DNA of 64,000 nt from Paracoccaceae bacterium (GTDB taxonomy: Bacteria > Pseudomonadota > Alphaproteobacteria > Rhodobacterales > Rhodobacteraceae): positions 17,352 to 81,351 of the forward strand of contig JANSYF010000002.1 in NCBI GenBank assembly GCA_024742575.1. The letters run 5' to 3'. Both the position numbers and the translations under genes were made by a program. Under the pieces are notes generated by a model that did no database searches, had not been told where the DNA came from, and was given only the letters and a program-made list of their open reading frames with translations. Positions 28,259 to 37,978 of this stretch are shown piece by piece (the first letter of the stretch is position 1; each line of letters begins with the position of its first letter).

Positions 28259-30363
28259 GCATCGACGCGTATCCCCATGTTTCAGATTGGTTAACTCCAA
28301 ATGACAGCCACCTTTTGATCCATACGGGAAAGGTGGATATCGGTCAGCGCATCTCAACCGCACTGGTCCGGATTGTGCAAGAGGAACTCGCGCTACCCGC
28401 GTCACAGTTGGATGTCGCCCCTGTCCGAACTGGGTGTGCGCCTGACGAAGGCATCACTTCGGGCAGCAATTCCATCGAACAATCCGGCAGCGCAGTGGCG
28501 GCAGCGGCAGCGACCCTGCGCAGACATCTTTTGAAAGCTGTGGTTGATCAACATGGCGGAACGCTGTCGGATTGGACCTTGGAAGCCGGGTACATCCATC
28601 GCCCCGGCACCAATATCCGCATCAACCTGATCAGCCTTGCCCGCGACTTGCCGCCCGATCTGCCTGTCGATCCAGATCTCGCCAGGCACATGCCAGACAC
28701 GCCCCCAGCCCCGGACATGCGCGGCATGGCCGACATGGTCACAGGGCGGTTTACCTTTCTGCACGACATCGACCTGCCGGGCATGTGGCACGCCCGGCGC
28801 GTCAGCCCGCCACATGCGCGCGCCAGCCTTCAGGACATCGACCAAACGGTGCTGGACCGGATCACAGGCGATGGCCTCCATGTCGTGCGTGATGGCAGTT
28901 TTCTGGCAGTGACCGGCCCCCGGGAATGGGCAGTGGTCAAAGCAGCAACACGGCTTGGATTAGCCTGCACTTGGGACACAGGTGGCGGATTACCCGAAAC
29001 AAATGTTTTTGCCCATTTGGCCCCCGAAAACGCACAGCGCTTTCCGGTGGTCAACGGAACCCCGCAAAAAGCCCCAGTGCCGGAACCGCTCGACGCGCCG
29101 GACCTCAGCGGTCGGTTCGAACGCCCCTATCAAATGCACGGCGCGCTGGCGCCATCGGCGGCACTGGCGGAATGGACCGGGGAACGCCTGTTCGTGAAAA
29201 GCCACAGCCAAGGCATCTACCCCCTGCGCGAAGCGATTGCCGACAGTCTTGGTCTTGCACCCGAACAGGTCGAGATCAGCCATATTCCCGGCTCTGGCTG
29301 CTATGGTCACAACGCGGCTGACGACGCCGCATACGAGGCCGCGCTGCTCGCTATGGCGCATCCAAACACGCCGATCCTACTCAAATGGTCGCGCGAAGAT
29401 GAACACGCATGGGAACCCTATGCCCCGGCAATGGCGGTTCAGGTGGACGCCAAGCTGGCAAACGGGCGCATCGCTGCACTGTCAGCCGAATCCTATGGCG
29501 ACACACATCGTGGTCGCCCCCGCCCCGGCCCCAACCGTGCAGGTCCAGCCAAACTGCTGGCCAACCGATTTCGCGCCGAAGCGATGGCACCGTATATTTC
29601 GCCGCCCAATATGGGCAATCATGCTGGGATGCACCGCAACCTTGATCCGGTTTACGACATCCCCAAGACCCGTTTGGTCAAGAACCTTGTTCAAAGCCTG
29701 CCGCACCGCACATCCGCCATGCGCTGCCTTGGGGCAGTCGCCAATATTTTTGCGCTGGAAAGCATGATGGACGAAGCCGCGCGAACTGCCAGCGCTGACC
29801 CCTTTGCATTTCGCCGTGCGCATCTGAGCGATCAGCGCGCGATTGCCGTGCTGGACGCATTGGAGAAACGTCTCTCTGCGCTGCCACCGCTGACAGATGG
29901 CATGGGACGCGGCATCGCCTATGCGCAATACAAGAACGCAATGACCCGTGTTGGTCTCGCCATCGACCTGACCGTTACGGAAAAGGCCGAAGTCGAACTG
30001 CGTCGCGTCACCCTTGTGGCCGATGCGGGCCGTGTGATTGACCCAGACGGACTGGTGGCGCAGCTTGAAGGCGGCATTATGCAGGCCGCAAGCTGGGCGC
30101 TTTATGAACAGTTGGCTTGGGACCGCAACGGTATCATCTCGTGCGACTGGGACAGCTATCCGGTGATCCGCTTCGACAATGTGCCCGACTTCGATATCAC
30201 GCTCCTGAACCAGCCAGACCAGCGCTCTGTCGGTGCGGGCGAAGCCTCACCCGGGCCGACGGTTGCCGCCATCGCCAACGCCATCTTTGATGCCACAGGG
30301 CTGCGCCTACGCCGGATGCCGTTCACTCCGGATGCGATCACACAGGCGGCGTTGGACCTGTAG
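28255..30363 (+). CDS. Molybdopterin-binding large subunit (IorB/NicB-like, xanthine dehydrogenase family), no cytochrome c tail
   Basis: TGKVDIGQ, EGITSGSNSI, GSGCYG, AMRCLG, QLEGG..QA.SWAL, GAGEAS, AIANAIFDATG.RLR. Confidence 0.88.
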   Translation: MSIDAYPHVSDWLTPNDSHLLIHTGKVDIGQRISTALVRIVQEELALPASQLDVAPVRTGCAPDEGITSGSNSIEQSGSAVAAAAATLRRHLLKAVVDQHGGTLSDWTLEAGYIHRPGTNIRINLISLARDLPPDLPVDPDLARHMPDTPPAPDMRGMADMVTGRFTFLHDIDLPGMWHARRVSPPHARASLQDIDQTVLDRITGDGLHVVRDGSFLAVTGPREWAVVKAATRLGLACTWDTGGGLPETNVFAHLAPENAQRFPVVNGTPQKAPVPEPLDAPDLSGRFERPYQMHGALAPSAALAEWTGERLFVKSHSQGIYPLREAIADSLGLAPEQVEISHIPGSGCYGHNAADDAAYEAALLAMAHPNTPILLKWSREDEHAWEPYAPAMAVQVDAKLANGRIAALSAESYGDTHRGRPRPGPNRAGPAKLLANRFRAEAMAPYISPPNMGNHAGMHRNLDPVYDIPKTRLVKNLVQSLPHRTSAMRCLGAVANIFALESMMDEAARTASADPFAFRRAHLSDQRAIAVLDALEKRLSALPPLTDGMGRGIAYAQYKNAMTRVGLAIDLTVTEKAEVELRRVTLVADAGRVIDPDGLVAQLEGGIMQAASWALYEQLAWDRNGIISCDWDSYPVIRFDNVPDFDITLLNQPDQRSVGAGEASPGPTVAAIANAIFDATGLRLRRMPFTPDAITQAALDL

Positions 30364-30435
30364 TCCAAAACACGTGGCGGGTTGCACGAACTCCAGCAAG
30401 CTGGCACAGCTAGAGCAACAAGTGCGGAGCGTTCC

Positions 30436-30873
30436 ATGTCCAAAACCGTCTTTCTGATCAACGGCCCCAACCTCAACCTTCTGGGCAAGCGCGAACCCGC
30501 GATCTATGGCGCGGACACTTTGGACGACGTGGCGAAACGCTGCGAGGCGCTGTCGAAACCTGCCGGGTTCGATCTCAGATCCATGCAGTCGAACCATGAA
30601 GGCCAGATCATAGACTGGATTCATCAGGCCCGTGACGAAGCAGAGGCGATCATCATCAACCCCGGTGCCTTTACCCACACATCTGTCGCGATCTATGACG
30701 CGCTTCAGGCTTATGAAGGGCTTGTGTTCGAAGTCCACATCTCGAACGTGCACAAACGCGAGACGTTCCGGCATCATTCCTACGTTTCAGCCCGCGCCGA
30801 AGGCGTGATCGCCGGGTTCGGTATCGAAGGCTACGAGCTGGCCCTGCGTCGGGTGATCAGCCTGTTGGGCTGA
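30436..30873 (+). CDS. aroQ: Type II 3-dehydroquinate dehydratase
   Basis: [44 protein letters not shown]. Confidence 0.95.
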   Translation: MSKTVFLINGPNLNLLGKREPAIYGADTLDDVAKRCEALSKPAGFDLRSMQSNHEGQIIDWIHQARDEAEAIIINPGAFTHTSVAIYDALQAYEGLVFEVHISNVHKRETFRHHSYVSARAEGVIAGFGIEGYELALRRVISLLG

Positions 30874-30876
30874 CAC

Positions 30877-31989
30877 CTAGAACGGGCCGTCCTCAAGCAC
30901 GCCATCCGCTGACATCTGCGCATAAAGCAAACCTTCACGCAAACCACGATCCGCAACCGAAAGCCTGTCCGTCGGCCAGCACCGCAACAGTGCCTGCAGG
31001 ATTGCAGCCCCAGACATGATCAGCGCTTGACGGTCTAGACCTATGCGCGGATCAGCCCGGCGCCCTTCGGGACCAAGCTCGAGGTAATTCGAGATCACCT
31101 TTTCGATCTGGTCTGACGTCATACGCAGCCCGTCCACCTTGGTCCGGTCGTAGCGTTTGAGCCCCAGATGGCTCGCCGCGACAGTCGTCACCGTGCCGCT
31201 GGTGCCCACGATCTGGAACCCTTCGCGGGCCTGCTCGTCCTTGTAGGGCGCAAACTCGGCCAGGTTTTCCTCAAAATACCAACTCATCAGCGCATAGCGG
31301 GCGCTATCGCTTTCCACGTCGGAGAACTGATCGCGCAGCGTGGCCACACCTAAAGGCACGCTGATCCAGTCGACCACGCGAGCGGCGGGAAACGGGCTGT
31401 CCTTGGTGTGGAACCCGGCATGCAACCGCATGATCGCACGCGGACGCTCGAACGCTGGTACAGCCGTCAGGTCAATCCAGACCAGCTCGGTCGACCCACC
31501 GCCGATATCCACCACCAGCAATTGTTCGGTCTTTGTGCTGACCAGAGGCGCGCACGAGATAACCGCCAGACGTGCTTCTTCTTCGGGCTGGATGATCTCG
31601 AGGTTCAGCCCGGTCTCACGTTTCACCTGACGGATAAAGTCGCGGGCGTTATGCGCCCTTCGACAAGCCTCGGTTGCGACCAATCGCATCCGGGTCACCT
31701 CGTGGCGACGAATCTTCTGCTGGCAAACGCGCAGTGCCGAGATCGTCCGGTTCATCGACGCACGGCTCAGTCGGCCGGATTTTTCAAGTCCGGCGCCCAG
31801 TTGCACTGATTTGGAAAAGCTGTCGACAACGTGGAATTGGTTGCCCTTTGGCTGGGCAATCAACATACGACAACTGTTTGTGCCCAGATCCAGCGCGGCA
31901 TAAAGCTCGGATGGGTCGGGCCGTGACGGCGCGGGGCTCTCTACCGGTTTCGGGAATGCGCCCGCACCTTTGGGACGCTTTGGCGCCAT
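30877..31989 (-). CDS. ppx: Ppx/GppA phosphatase family
   Basis: ALDLGTNSCR, VATEACR, EEEARLA, DIGGGSTE, GLREG. Confidence 0.88.
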   Translation of the reverse strand: MAPKRPKGAGAFPKPVESPAPSRPDPSELYAALDLGTNSCRMLIAQPKGNQFHVVDSFSKSVQLGAGLEKSGRLSRASMNRTISALRVCQQKIRRHEVTRMRLVATEACRRAHNARDFIRQVKRETGLNLEIIQPEEEARLAVISCAPLVSTKTEQLLVVDIGGGSTELVWIDLTAVPAFERPRAIMRLHAGFHTKDSPFPAARVVDWISVPLGVATLRDQFSDVESDSARYALMSWYFEENLAEFAPYKDEQAREGFQIVGTSGTVTTVAASHLGLKRYDRTKVDGLRMTSDQIEKVISNYLELGPEGRRADPRIGLDRQALIMSGAAILQALLRCWPTDRLSVADRGLREGLLYAQMSADGVLEDGPF

Positions 31990-32254
31990 GACTTTGCGCC
32001 TTCCGAATATGTAAGTTGCTTCAACCCTAAGCCGGGTTTGAATGCTTCGCAAGTTTCGTGACGCACCAAGATAGCGTTATGAAGGGTTCTCATGCAAAGC
32101 CTGAGAATTTTGGACCTGCAAGAGCATCGCCATTCGCTCAGTCCTGACCTAAAGTCGCCTCGGGTCGCAGACGGAAGCGGACACGTCGAAATTTGCACTC
32201 TTGTCGCACATGGCCTCAATTACGAAGACGCAAGCGGAACAAAGGAATCACGAC

Positions 32255-32551
32255 ATGCCGGATGTCACTATTGTCTATTGGCGCGATATCCCGGCGCAGG
32301 TGATCGTGGGTAAGGGCCGTCGCGGCGCTAAGGCCCAACTACCTGAACGTTTTGAGCAAGCCATCGACCGCGCAGCAATGAAAATCGGTGCATCCGATAC
32401 CGACAGCTACCTTGCCGAATGGCGTAAGGCAGCGCCTTATGAACTCGAAGGTGACCCCGAAGATGTCTGCGCTTCCGAAGCTGCCCGCATTGACGCGGAA
32501 TACGACAAGGAACGCCTCAAGGCGTTGATTGATAACGAAGGCTGGGCGTAA
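32255..32551 (+). CDS. Small conserved protein of the so-called 'virulence factor' family, linked to folate/B12 methyl transfer genes
   Basis: VYWRDIPAQV, LPERFEQAIDRAAM, YLAEWR; AAGGA SD. Confidence 0.75.
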   Translation: MPDVTIVYWRDIPAQVIVGKGRRGAKAQLPERFEQAIDRAAMKIGASDTDSYLAEWRKAAPYELEGDPEDVCASEAARIDAEYDKERLKALIDNEGWA

Positions 32552-32578
32552 GCCCCCATGACCCTGAGGGAGGCCATC

Positions 32579-33505
32579 ATGGCATTGTTGAATTTCCGCA
32601 AGCGCGAGACCGTCGAAAACGGCACCACACCCGAAATGGAAGCCTTCCTAAAGGGCTATTCCATCGAAGTGATGCCGCGCACAGCCGAAAAGGTCGAAGA
32701 TTTCCGCGAATTGCTGGCCCCCGGCACCCGCGTCTACATCGCCCATATCGAAAGCACGCCGATCGAAGATATGGTGGCAACCGCCAAACGTCTTGCCGAT
32801 CAAGGCTACCCGGTGATGCCGCACTTTCCGGCCCGGATTATCAAGGATGCTGCAACGCTCGCCGATTGGATCGCCCGCTATCAGGGCGAAGCGGGTGTCG
32901 ATCAGGCACTTCTGCTCGCCGGTGGTGTGGCCAAGCCGCATGGCGATTTCGACAGTTCCATGCAGCTCATGGAAACCGGCCTTTTCGATAAGGCGGGCTT
33001 CAAGCGTCTGCATGTCGCCGGTCACCCCGAGGGCAACAAAGACATCGACCCCAATGGCGGTATGAAAAACGTCGAGGACGCCCTGCGCTGGAAACAGGCG
33101 TTTTTTGAGCGCACCGATGCCAAGATGGCGCTGGCCACCCAGTTCGCGTTTGACGCCGACCCGATCATCAAATGGGTTGACGATCTGTCTGCAGCAGGCA
33201 TCAGGCTACCGGTGCATATTGGCATCGCTGGCCCGGCTAAACTGCAAACCCTGATCAAGTTCGCAATCGCATGCGGTGTCGGGCCGTCGCTTAAGGTGCT
33301 GCAGAAACGCGCAATGGACGTATCCAAGTTACTGCTTCCGTACGAGCCGACAGACGTGTTGACCAAGCTTGCCGCACACAAGGCAAAGAACCCCGATTTC
33401 AACATCGAACAGGTGCATTTCTTCCCGCTTGGCGGGATCAAGACCAACGCCACCTGGGCAATTGAAAACGGTGGTGCCGGCACCGCGCCTGCTGCCACGA
33501 CCTGA
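32579..33505 (+). CDS. metF: Methylenetetrahydrofolate reductase (divergent MetF-like)
   Basis: SIEV, PHFPAR, LLLAGG, VAGHPEG, ATQF, HFFP.GG. Confidence 0.8.
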   Translation: MALLNFRKRETVENGTTPEMEAFLKGYSIEVMPRTAEKVEDFRELLAPGTRVYIAHIESTPIEDMVATAKRLADQGYPVMPHFPARIIKDAATLADWIARYQGEAGVDQALLLAGGVAKPHGDFDSSMQLMETGLFDKAGFKRLHVAGHPEGNKDIDPNGGMKNVEDALRWKQAFFERTDAKMALATQFAFDADPIIKWVDDLSAAGIRLPVHIGIAGPAKLQTLIKFAIACGVGPSLKVLQKRAMDVSKLLLPYEPTDVLTKLAAHKAKNPDFNIEQVHFFPLGGIKTNATWAIENGGAGTAPAATT

Positions 33506-33514
33506 TCCAAGCTT

Positions 33515-34174
33515 ATGCCAGCCCTGCTTTTTGATCTCGACGGCACCATGCTGAATTCGGACCCCATTCACGAGGCCGTCTTCACCGAGCTTTGGATGTC
33601 GCGTGGTCTTCCGACACCGGAAGGTTTCTACATCGAACAGGTCCATGGCCGTCTGAATGTCGATGTCTTCGCCGAACATTTGCCGAATGAACTGGATCCA
33701 CAGGGTCTAAGTGAATGGAAAGAGGCACAGTTCCGCGACCGCCTGCCCTCGCCCTACCCCGAAACGCCAGGACTTACGGCGTTTCTGGACCACGCGCAGG
33801 CACAAGGCTGGCAACTGGCCGTGGTAACCAACGCCATGCGCCTGAATGCCGAGGCCATGCTTGGCGCCATCGGGCTGCGCGACCGGTTCGAAGTGATTGT
33901 GATCGGCGAGGAATGCTCCCATGGCAAGCCGCACCCGCTGCCATATTTGACCGCGATGAAGGCTCTAGGCGAAACATCCGAGACCTGCATCGCCTTCGAA
34001 GACAGCCCCTCGGGCATGCGCGCCGCCGCAGCCTCTGGTGCCTATAGCATCGGTGTCCGGTCTGCGCTGACCGACGACCAATTGCGCGCCGTTGGCGCAA
34101 AGATGACCATACAGGATTTCACAGACCCCACGCTGCCAGACATTCTGGCCCGCATTGAAGGAGTAGCCGCATGA
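33515..34174 (+). CDS. HAD-superfamily phosphatase (CbbY/beta-PGM-like)
   Basis: FDLDGT, VVTNA, GKPHP, FEDSPSG. Confidence 0.88.
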   Translation: MPALLFDLDGTMLNSDPIHEAVFTELWMSRGLPTPEGFYIEQVHGRLNVDVFAEHLPNELDPQGLSEWKEAQFRDRLPSPYPETPGLTAFLDHAQAQGWQLAVVTNAMRLNAEAMLGAIGLRDRFEVIVIGEECSHGKPHPLPYLTAMKALGETSETCIAFEDSPSGMRAAAASGAYSIGVRSALTDDQLRAVGAKMTIQDFTDPTLPDILARIEGVAA

Positions 34175-35253
34175 CCCGCACGATTGTCGAGTCCAAGACC
34201 AAAACCGCCATCATCGGGTTCGATCAGCCGTTCTGTGTCATTGGTGAACGGATCAACCCGACAGGCCGCAAGATCCTGAACGAAGAACTCGAACGCGGTG
34301 ATTTCAGCCGGGTCGAAGCCGACGCGCTGGCGCAGGTCGCGGCAGGTGCCAACATCCTCGACATTAACTCGGGCGCCGTGTTCTCGAACAAGATGGCTGA
34401 AGACCCGCGCTACGCCGACAACAACTTTGTCGAACCGACACTTATGAAGGAACTGGTGGAACGCGTACAAGCTATCACCGATTGCCCGCTTTGCATCGAC
34501 AGCTCCGTCCCCGGCGCGCTTGAAAACGGACTTGCCGCCGCTGAAGGCCGCCCGCTCCTGAACTCGGTCACCGGTGAAGAAGAGCGACTGGAGATGGTTC
34601 TGCCGCTGGTCAAGAAATACAACGTGCCGGTTGTTGCGATCTCGAACGACGACACAGGCATCTCGGAAGATCCCGATGTGCGCTTTGCAGTCGCAAAGAA
34701 AATCGTCGAACGTGCTGCTGATTTCGGCATCCCAGCACATGACATCGTGGTTGATCCGCTGGTCATGCCGATTGGCGCCATGGGGACCGCCGGTCTTCAG
34801 GTCTTCACCCTTGTCCGCCGCCTGCGCGAGGAACTGGGTGTGAACACCACCTGTGGCGCATCGAACATCAGTTTTGGTCTGCCCAACCGCCACGGCATCA
34901 ATAATGCCTTCCTGCCTATGGCGATGGGCGCTGGCATGACATCCGCCATCATGAACCCCGTTGCCCTGCCCGTGGGTCCGACCAAGATCGCCGAAAAACG
35001 TGCCGAGGTGGCCGCTGCCGGGATCGTTCTGCCCGAGGACATTGACGACGAAACGTTCTGCATCCTCTTCGGCCTTGGATCGACCAAACCGCGCCCCGGC
35101 AAAGAAATGGAGGCCATCCGCGCTGCCAACTTCCTCACCAACAATGACGAAGGCGGCGGCGCATGGATCGCGTTCAACCGCCAACCGCCGAAAGCCGGTC
35201 ACGAAGGCCGTGGCCGTGAGGGCCGCACCGGGGGCCGCCGCCGCCGCACCTGA
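34171..35253 (+). CDS. Methyltetrahydrofolate:corrinoid methyltransferase (stand-alone pterin-binding domain of split MetH)
   Basis: IGERINPTGRK, LDIN, PLCIDSS, LLNS, VDPLVMP, GASNISFGLP. Confidence 0.88.
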   Translation: MTRTIVESKTKTAIIGFDQPFCVIGERINPTGRKILNEELERGDFSRVEADALAQVAAGANILDINSGAVFSNKMAEDPRYADNNFVEPTLMKELVERVQAITDCPLCIDSSVPGALENGLAAAEGRPLLNSVTGEEERLEMVLPLVKKYNVPVVAISNDDTGISEDPDVRFAVAKKIVERAADFGIPAHDIVVDPLVMPIGAMGTAGLQVFTLVRRLREELGVNTTCGASNISFGLPNRHGINNAFLPMAMGAGMTSAIMNPVALPVGPTKIAEKRAEVAAAGIVLPEDIDDETFCILFGLGSTKPRPGKEMEAIRAANFLTNNDEGGGAWIAFNRQPPKAGHEGRGREGRTGGRRRRT

Positions 35254-35305
35254 TCTTCTTCTTTTTGCAAATATGCCGGGGGGTTTGGGGGGCCGGCCCC
35301 CCAAA
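35254..35305 (+). repeat. REP-like intergenic element, copy 1 (divergent, short)
   Basis: TCTTCTT..AAATATGCCGGGGG..TTTGGGGGGCCGGCCCCCCAAA. Confidence 0.55.
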
Positions 35306-35337
35306 TCGGTCGGACCGCGCAAGCGGTCCGATACAAG

Positions 35338-36174
35338 TCAGATAGCGACGCCGCGCCTGCCTGCAAGATCCGTAAAATACTGCCACGCGACACGCCCCGA
35401 CCGGGCACCGCGCGTGGCCTGCCATTCAATGGCTTCGGCGCGCAACGTCGCTTCGTCGATTTCGACCCCGTGGGCTTCACAATAGCCCCGGATCATCGCG
35501 AGATAATCGTCCTGATTGCAGGGGTGGAAGCCAAGCCAAAGCCCGAACCGGTCTGACAAAGACACCTTCTCCTCAACCGCCTCTGACGGATTGATCGAGG
35601 ACGAGCGTTCATTTTCGATCATGTCCCGAGGCATCAAGTGGCGGCGGTTTGACGTGGCATAAAACACCACATTATCCGGCCGTCCCTCGACCCCGCCATC
35701 AAGCACCGCTTTCAGCGATTTGTAATGCTGGTCATCATGGCTGAAACTCAGATCATCGCAGAAGAGCAAAAAGCGGTGTTCAGAAACCCGCAACAGGTTC
35801 AGGAGCCGCGCCACACTTGGCAAATCTTCGCGCTGCAACTCCACCAGCTTGACCGGCAAGCCCTCGGCCAACACGGCCGCATGCACAGCCTTCACAAGGC
35901 TCGATTTGCCCATCCCCCGCGCGCCCCAAAGCAGCGCATTGTTGGCAGGCAGGCCCCGCGCGAACTGGCGCGTGTTGGCCAGCAAAGTATCGCGGCTGCG
36001 GTCCACGCCCACCAAAAGCTCTACCGGAACACGGCTGACCTTGGGCACGGGTTGCAGGTGGTCGGGGTCCACATGCCAGACAAAGGCATCCGCCACATCG
36101 TAATCCGGGGCTGGCTGCGGCGCGGGGGCAAGACGCTCCAACGCAGCGGCGATCCGCTCCATCGGGTCGGTCAC
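35338..36174 (-). CDS. DUF815-type AAA+ ATP-binding protein
   Basis: NNALLWGARGMGKSS, FCDDLSF, YATSNRRHL, EEKVSLSDRFGL. Confidence 0.88.
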   Translation of the reverse strand: MTDPMERIAAALERLAPAPQPAPDYDVADAFVWHVDPDHLQPVPKVSRVPVELLVGVDRSRDTLLANTRQFARGLPANNALLWGARGMGKSSLVKAVHAAVLAEGLPVKLVELQREDLPSVARLLNLLRVSEHRFLLFCDDLSFSHDDQHYKSLKAVLDGGVEGRPDNVVFYATSNRRHLMPRDMIENERSSSINPSEAVEEKVSLSDRFGLWLGFHPCNQDDYLAMIRGYCEAHGVEIDEATLRAEAIEWQATRGARSGRVAWQYFTDLAGRRGVAI

Positions 36175-37124
36175 TTCTTCGCGTCCTCGTCGAATTCACG
36201 CATTAAGGGGTCGTCATCCATTCCTTCGGCAGGATCGTCCTCGAACCAAAGACCTTGTGCTTTCAGCTCTTTCTCGCGTTTCTTCTCAACACGGCGAACC
36301 AGAATGATCGACACTTCGTAAAGTCCGTAAACCACCGTGAAAAGGATCAACTGCGTCACCACATCCGGCGGCGTCACGAGGGCGGCAAGCACTAGAATAC
36401 CGACCATCGCGTACTTTCGCACACCGCCAAGACCATCAGCTGACACAAGACCGGCCTTGCCCATCAGCGTCAAAAGAACCGGCAGCTGGAAACACAGACC
36501 AAACGCCATGATAAAGACCAGAGAGGTCTGCAAACTCTCGTTCACTTTACCAAAAAAGGTAATCTTCAATCCCTGATCGGCCACCGGCGCCACAGCGGTC
36601 GGGTCGACGTCGACCGCGCCGGACAGCACGTTGGCAAACAGCGACGGCGCGTCGGTGAACCCAAGGAAAAAGGCCATGGCCAGTGGCGTAACAACGAAAT
36701 GCGCAAACGCCGCGCCTGCCAGGAACATCACAGGCGAGGCGATGATGAACGGCAGGAAAGCGGATTTTTCGGATTTATAAAGCCCCGGCGCAATAAACCG
36801 CCACATCTGGTGCGCGATCACCGGAAAAGCCAAGGCAAAACCGAAGACAAGCCCGATGCGGAACAACACAAAAAGGTATTCCTGTGGGCTGGTGTATTGC
36901 AGCGTTGGCGCGGGATCACCCAAGGCGCGCAGGGTTTCCTCGATCGGAACAAGCAAAAAGCGCAAAACATGCTCGGCCAGGAAATCGCCCTGTACCGGGA
37001 TAAACAGCACGCAAATGCCGACGAATAGCGCCAGCACGGATCGGATCAGACGGGTGCGCAGCTCGGCCAGATGTTCGATCAACGGCGCGCTGCTATCCTC
37101 GATGTCCTCTTCCCGGGCACTCAT
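36171..37124 (-). CDS. tatC: Twin-arginine translocase subunit TatC
   Basis: PLIEHLAELRTRL, FIAPGLYKSE, FQLP, TPPD. Confidence 0.95.
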   Translation of the reverse strand: MSAREEDIEDSSAPLIEHLAELRTRLIRSVLALFVGICVLFIPVQGDFLAEHVLRFLLVPIEETLRALGDPAPTLQYTSPQEYLFVLFRIGLVFGFALAFPVIAHQMWRFIAPGLYKSEKSAFLPFIIASPVMFLAGAAFAHFVVTPLAMAFFLGFTDAPSLFANVLSGAVDVDPTAVAPVADQGLKITFFGKVNESLQTSLVFIMAFGLCFQLPVLLTLMGKAGLVSADGLGGVRKYAMVGILVLAALVTPPDVVTQLILFTVVYGLYEVSIILVRRVEKKREKELKAQGLWFEDDPAEGMDDDPLMREFDEDAKK

Positions 37125-37125
37125 T

Positions 37126-37578
37126 TCAGGCGTCCTTTTCCGGCGCGGTGTCGGCTTTCAACGCCGCTTCCATTTCTTCCGCCTTTTTATGCGCTTCTTC
37201 CGCTTCGCGTTTCTTGCGATCTGCAGCGGCGCGCGCGGCGCTGGCTTCGATCTTTTTCTTAGCGGCTTCGCGTTCGGCTGACAGCTTACCAGTGTTGCTT
37301 TCGGGATCGATGTTCGTCATCGACTTTGCCGCATCCTTAACACCATCCATGGCACTTCCGACTGGGTTGGTGGCTGCCTTGAACGTCTTTTGAACATCGC
37401 GCACGCCGGATTCATCCGCCGCGTCATTCATGGCGCGGGAAAAGTCGCGGGCCATGCCACGGGCTTTGCCCATGAAATTCCCCACCTTCCGAAAAAGCAC
37501 TGGCAGATCTTTGGGGCCAACAACGATCAACGCGACCACCCCAATCACCAACAGCTCGGCAAAGCCAAGATCGAACAT
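37126..37578 (-). CDS. tatB: Twin-arginine translocase subunit TatB
   Basis: [26 protein letters not shown]. Confidence 0.95.
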   Translation of the reverse strand: MFDLGFAELLVIGVVALIVVGPKDLPVLFRKVGNFMGKARGMARDFSRAMNDAADESGVRDVQKTFKAATNPVGSAMDGVKDAAKSMTNIDPESNTGKLSAEREAAKKKIEASAARAAADRKKREAEEAHKKAEEMEAALKADTAPEKDA

Positions 37579-37583
37579 GTGTG

Positions 37584-37805
37584 TTAGACCTTGTCTTTCT
37601 CTTCGCTTTCAGGCGTCACGTCCTTGGCGCTGTCAGCTTTCTGCTCTTCAAGCTCTTGTTTGCCCTCATCAACGCCCTTCTTGAAAGCAGTGATGCCTTT
37701 GCCAACTTCGCCCATCAACGAAGAAATCTTGCCACGACCAAACAGCACCAGCACCACGACGGCGATAAGCAGAAGGCCCGGCAGACCGATATTTCCGATA
37801 CCCAT
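37584..37805 (-). CDS. tatA: Twin-arginine translocase subunit TatA
   Basis: [32 protein letters not shown]; AGGAG SD. Confidence 0.95.
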   Translation of the reverse strand: MGIGNIGLPGLLLIAVVVLVLFGRGKISSLMGEVGKGITAFKKGVDEGKQELEEQKADSAKDVTPESEEKDKV

Positions 37806-37932
37806 TAAGTTTCTCCTAACCAGCAGGCACGGCCTGCGTTGAATTCCATTGCGGTTATGTAATGACTTGCGCCGCCCTGCGAAAGGATGAAAACACGCCA
37901 ATTTCGTGCGTTTTTGTCAAGAGCTTGTCAGT

Positions 37933-37948
37933 TGACAGGTTTTTGTCA
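37933..37948. promoter_or_regulatory. TGACA-N6-TGTCA inverted repeat, candidate operator of the WYL regulator
   Basis: TGACAggttttTGTCA 30 bp upstream of the ATG, with extra TGTCA half-sites at 37914 and 37926. Confidence 0.55.
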
Positions 37949-37978
37949 GTATTGGCGCAGCGCAGCACGGAGAATCAC

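Noticed and set aside
10398-30873. Active integrative element or prophage at tRNA-Asn
   Set aside because: No integrase, transposase, phage or conjugation genes, and no att direct repeat found by eye.
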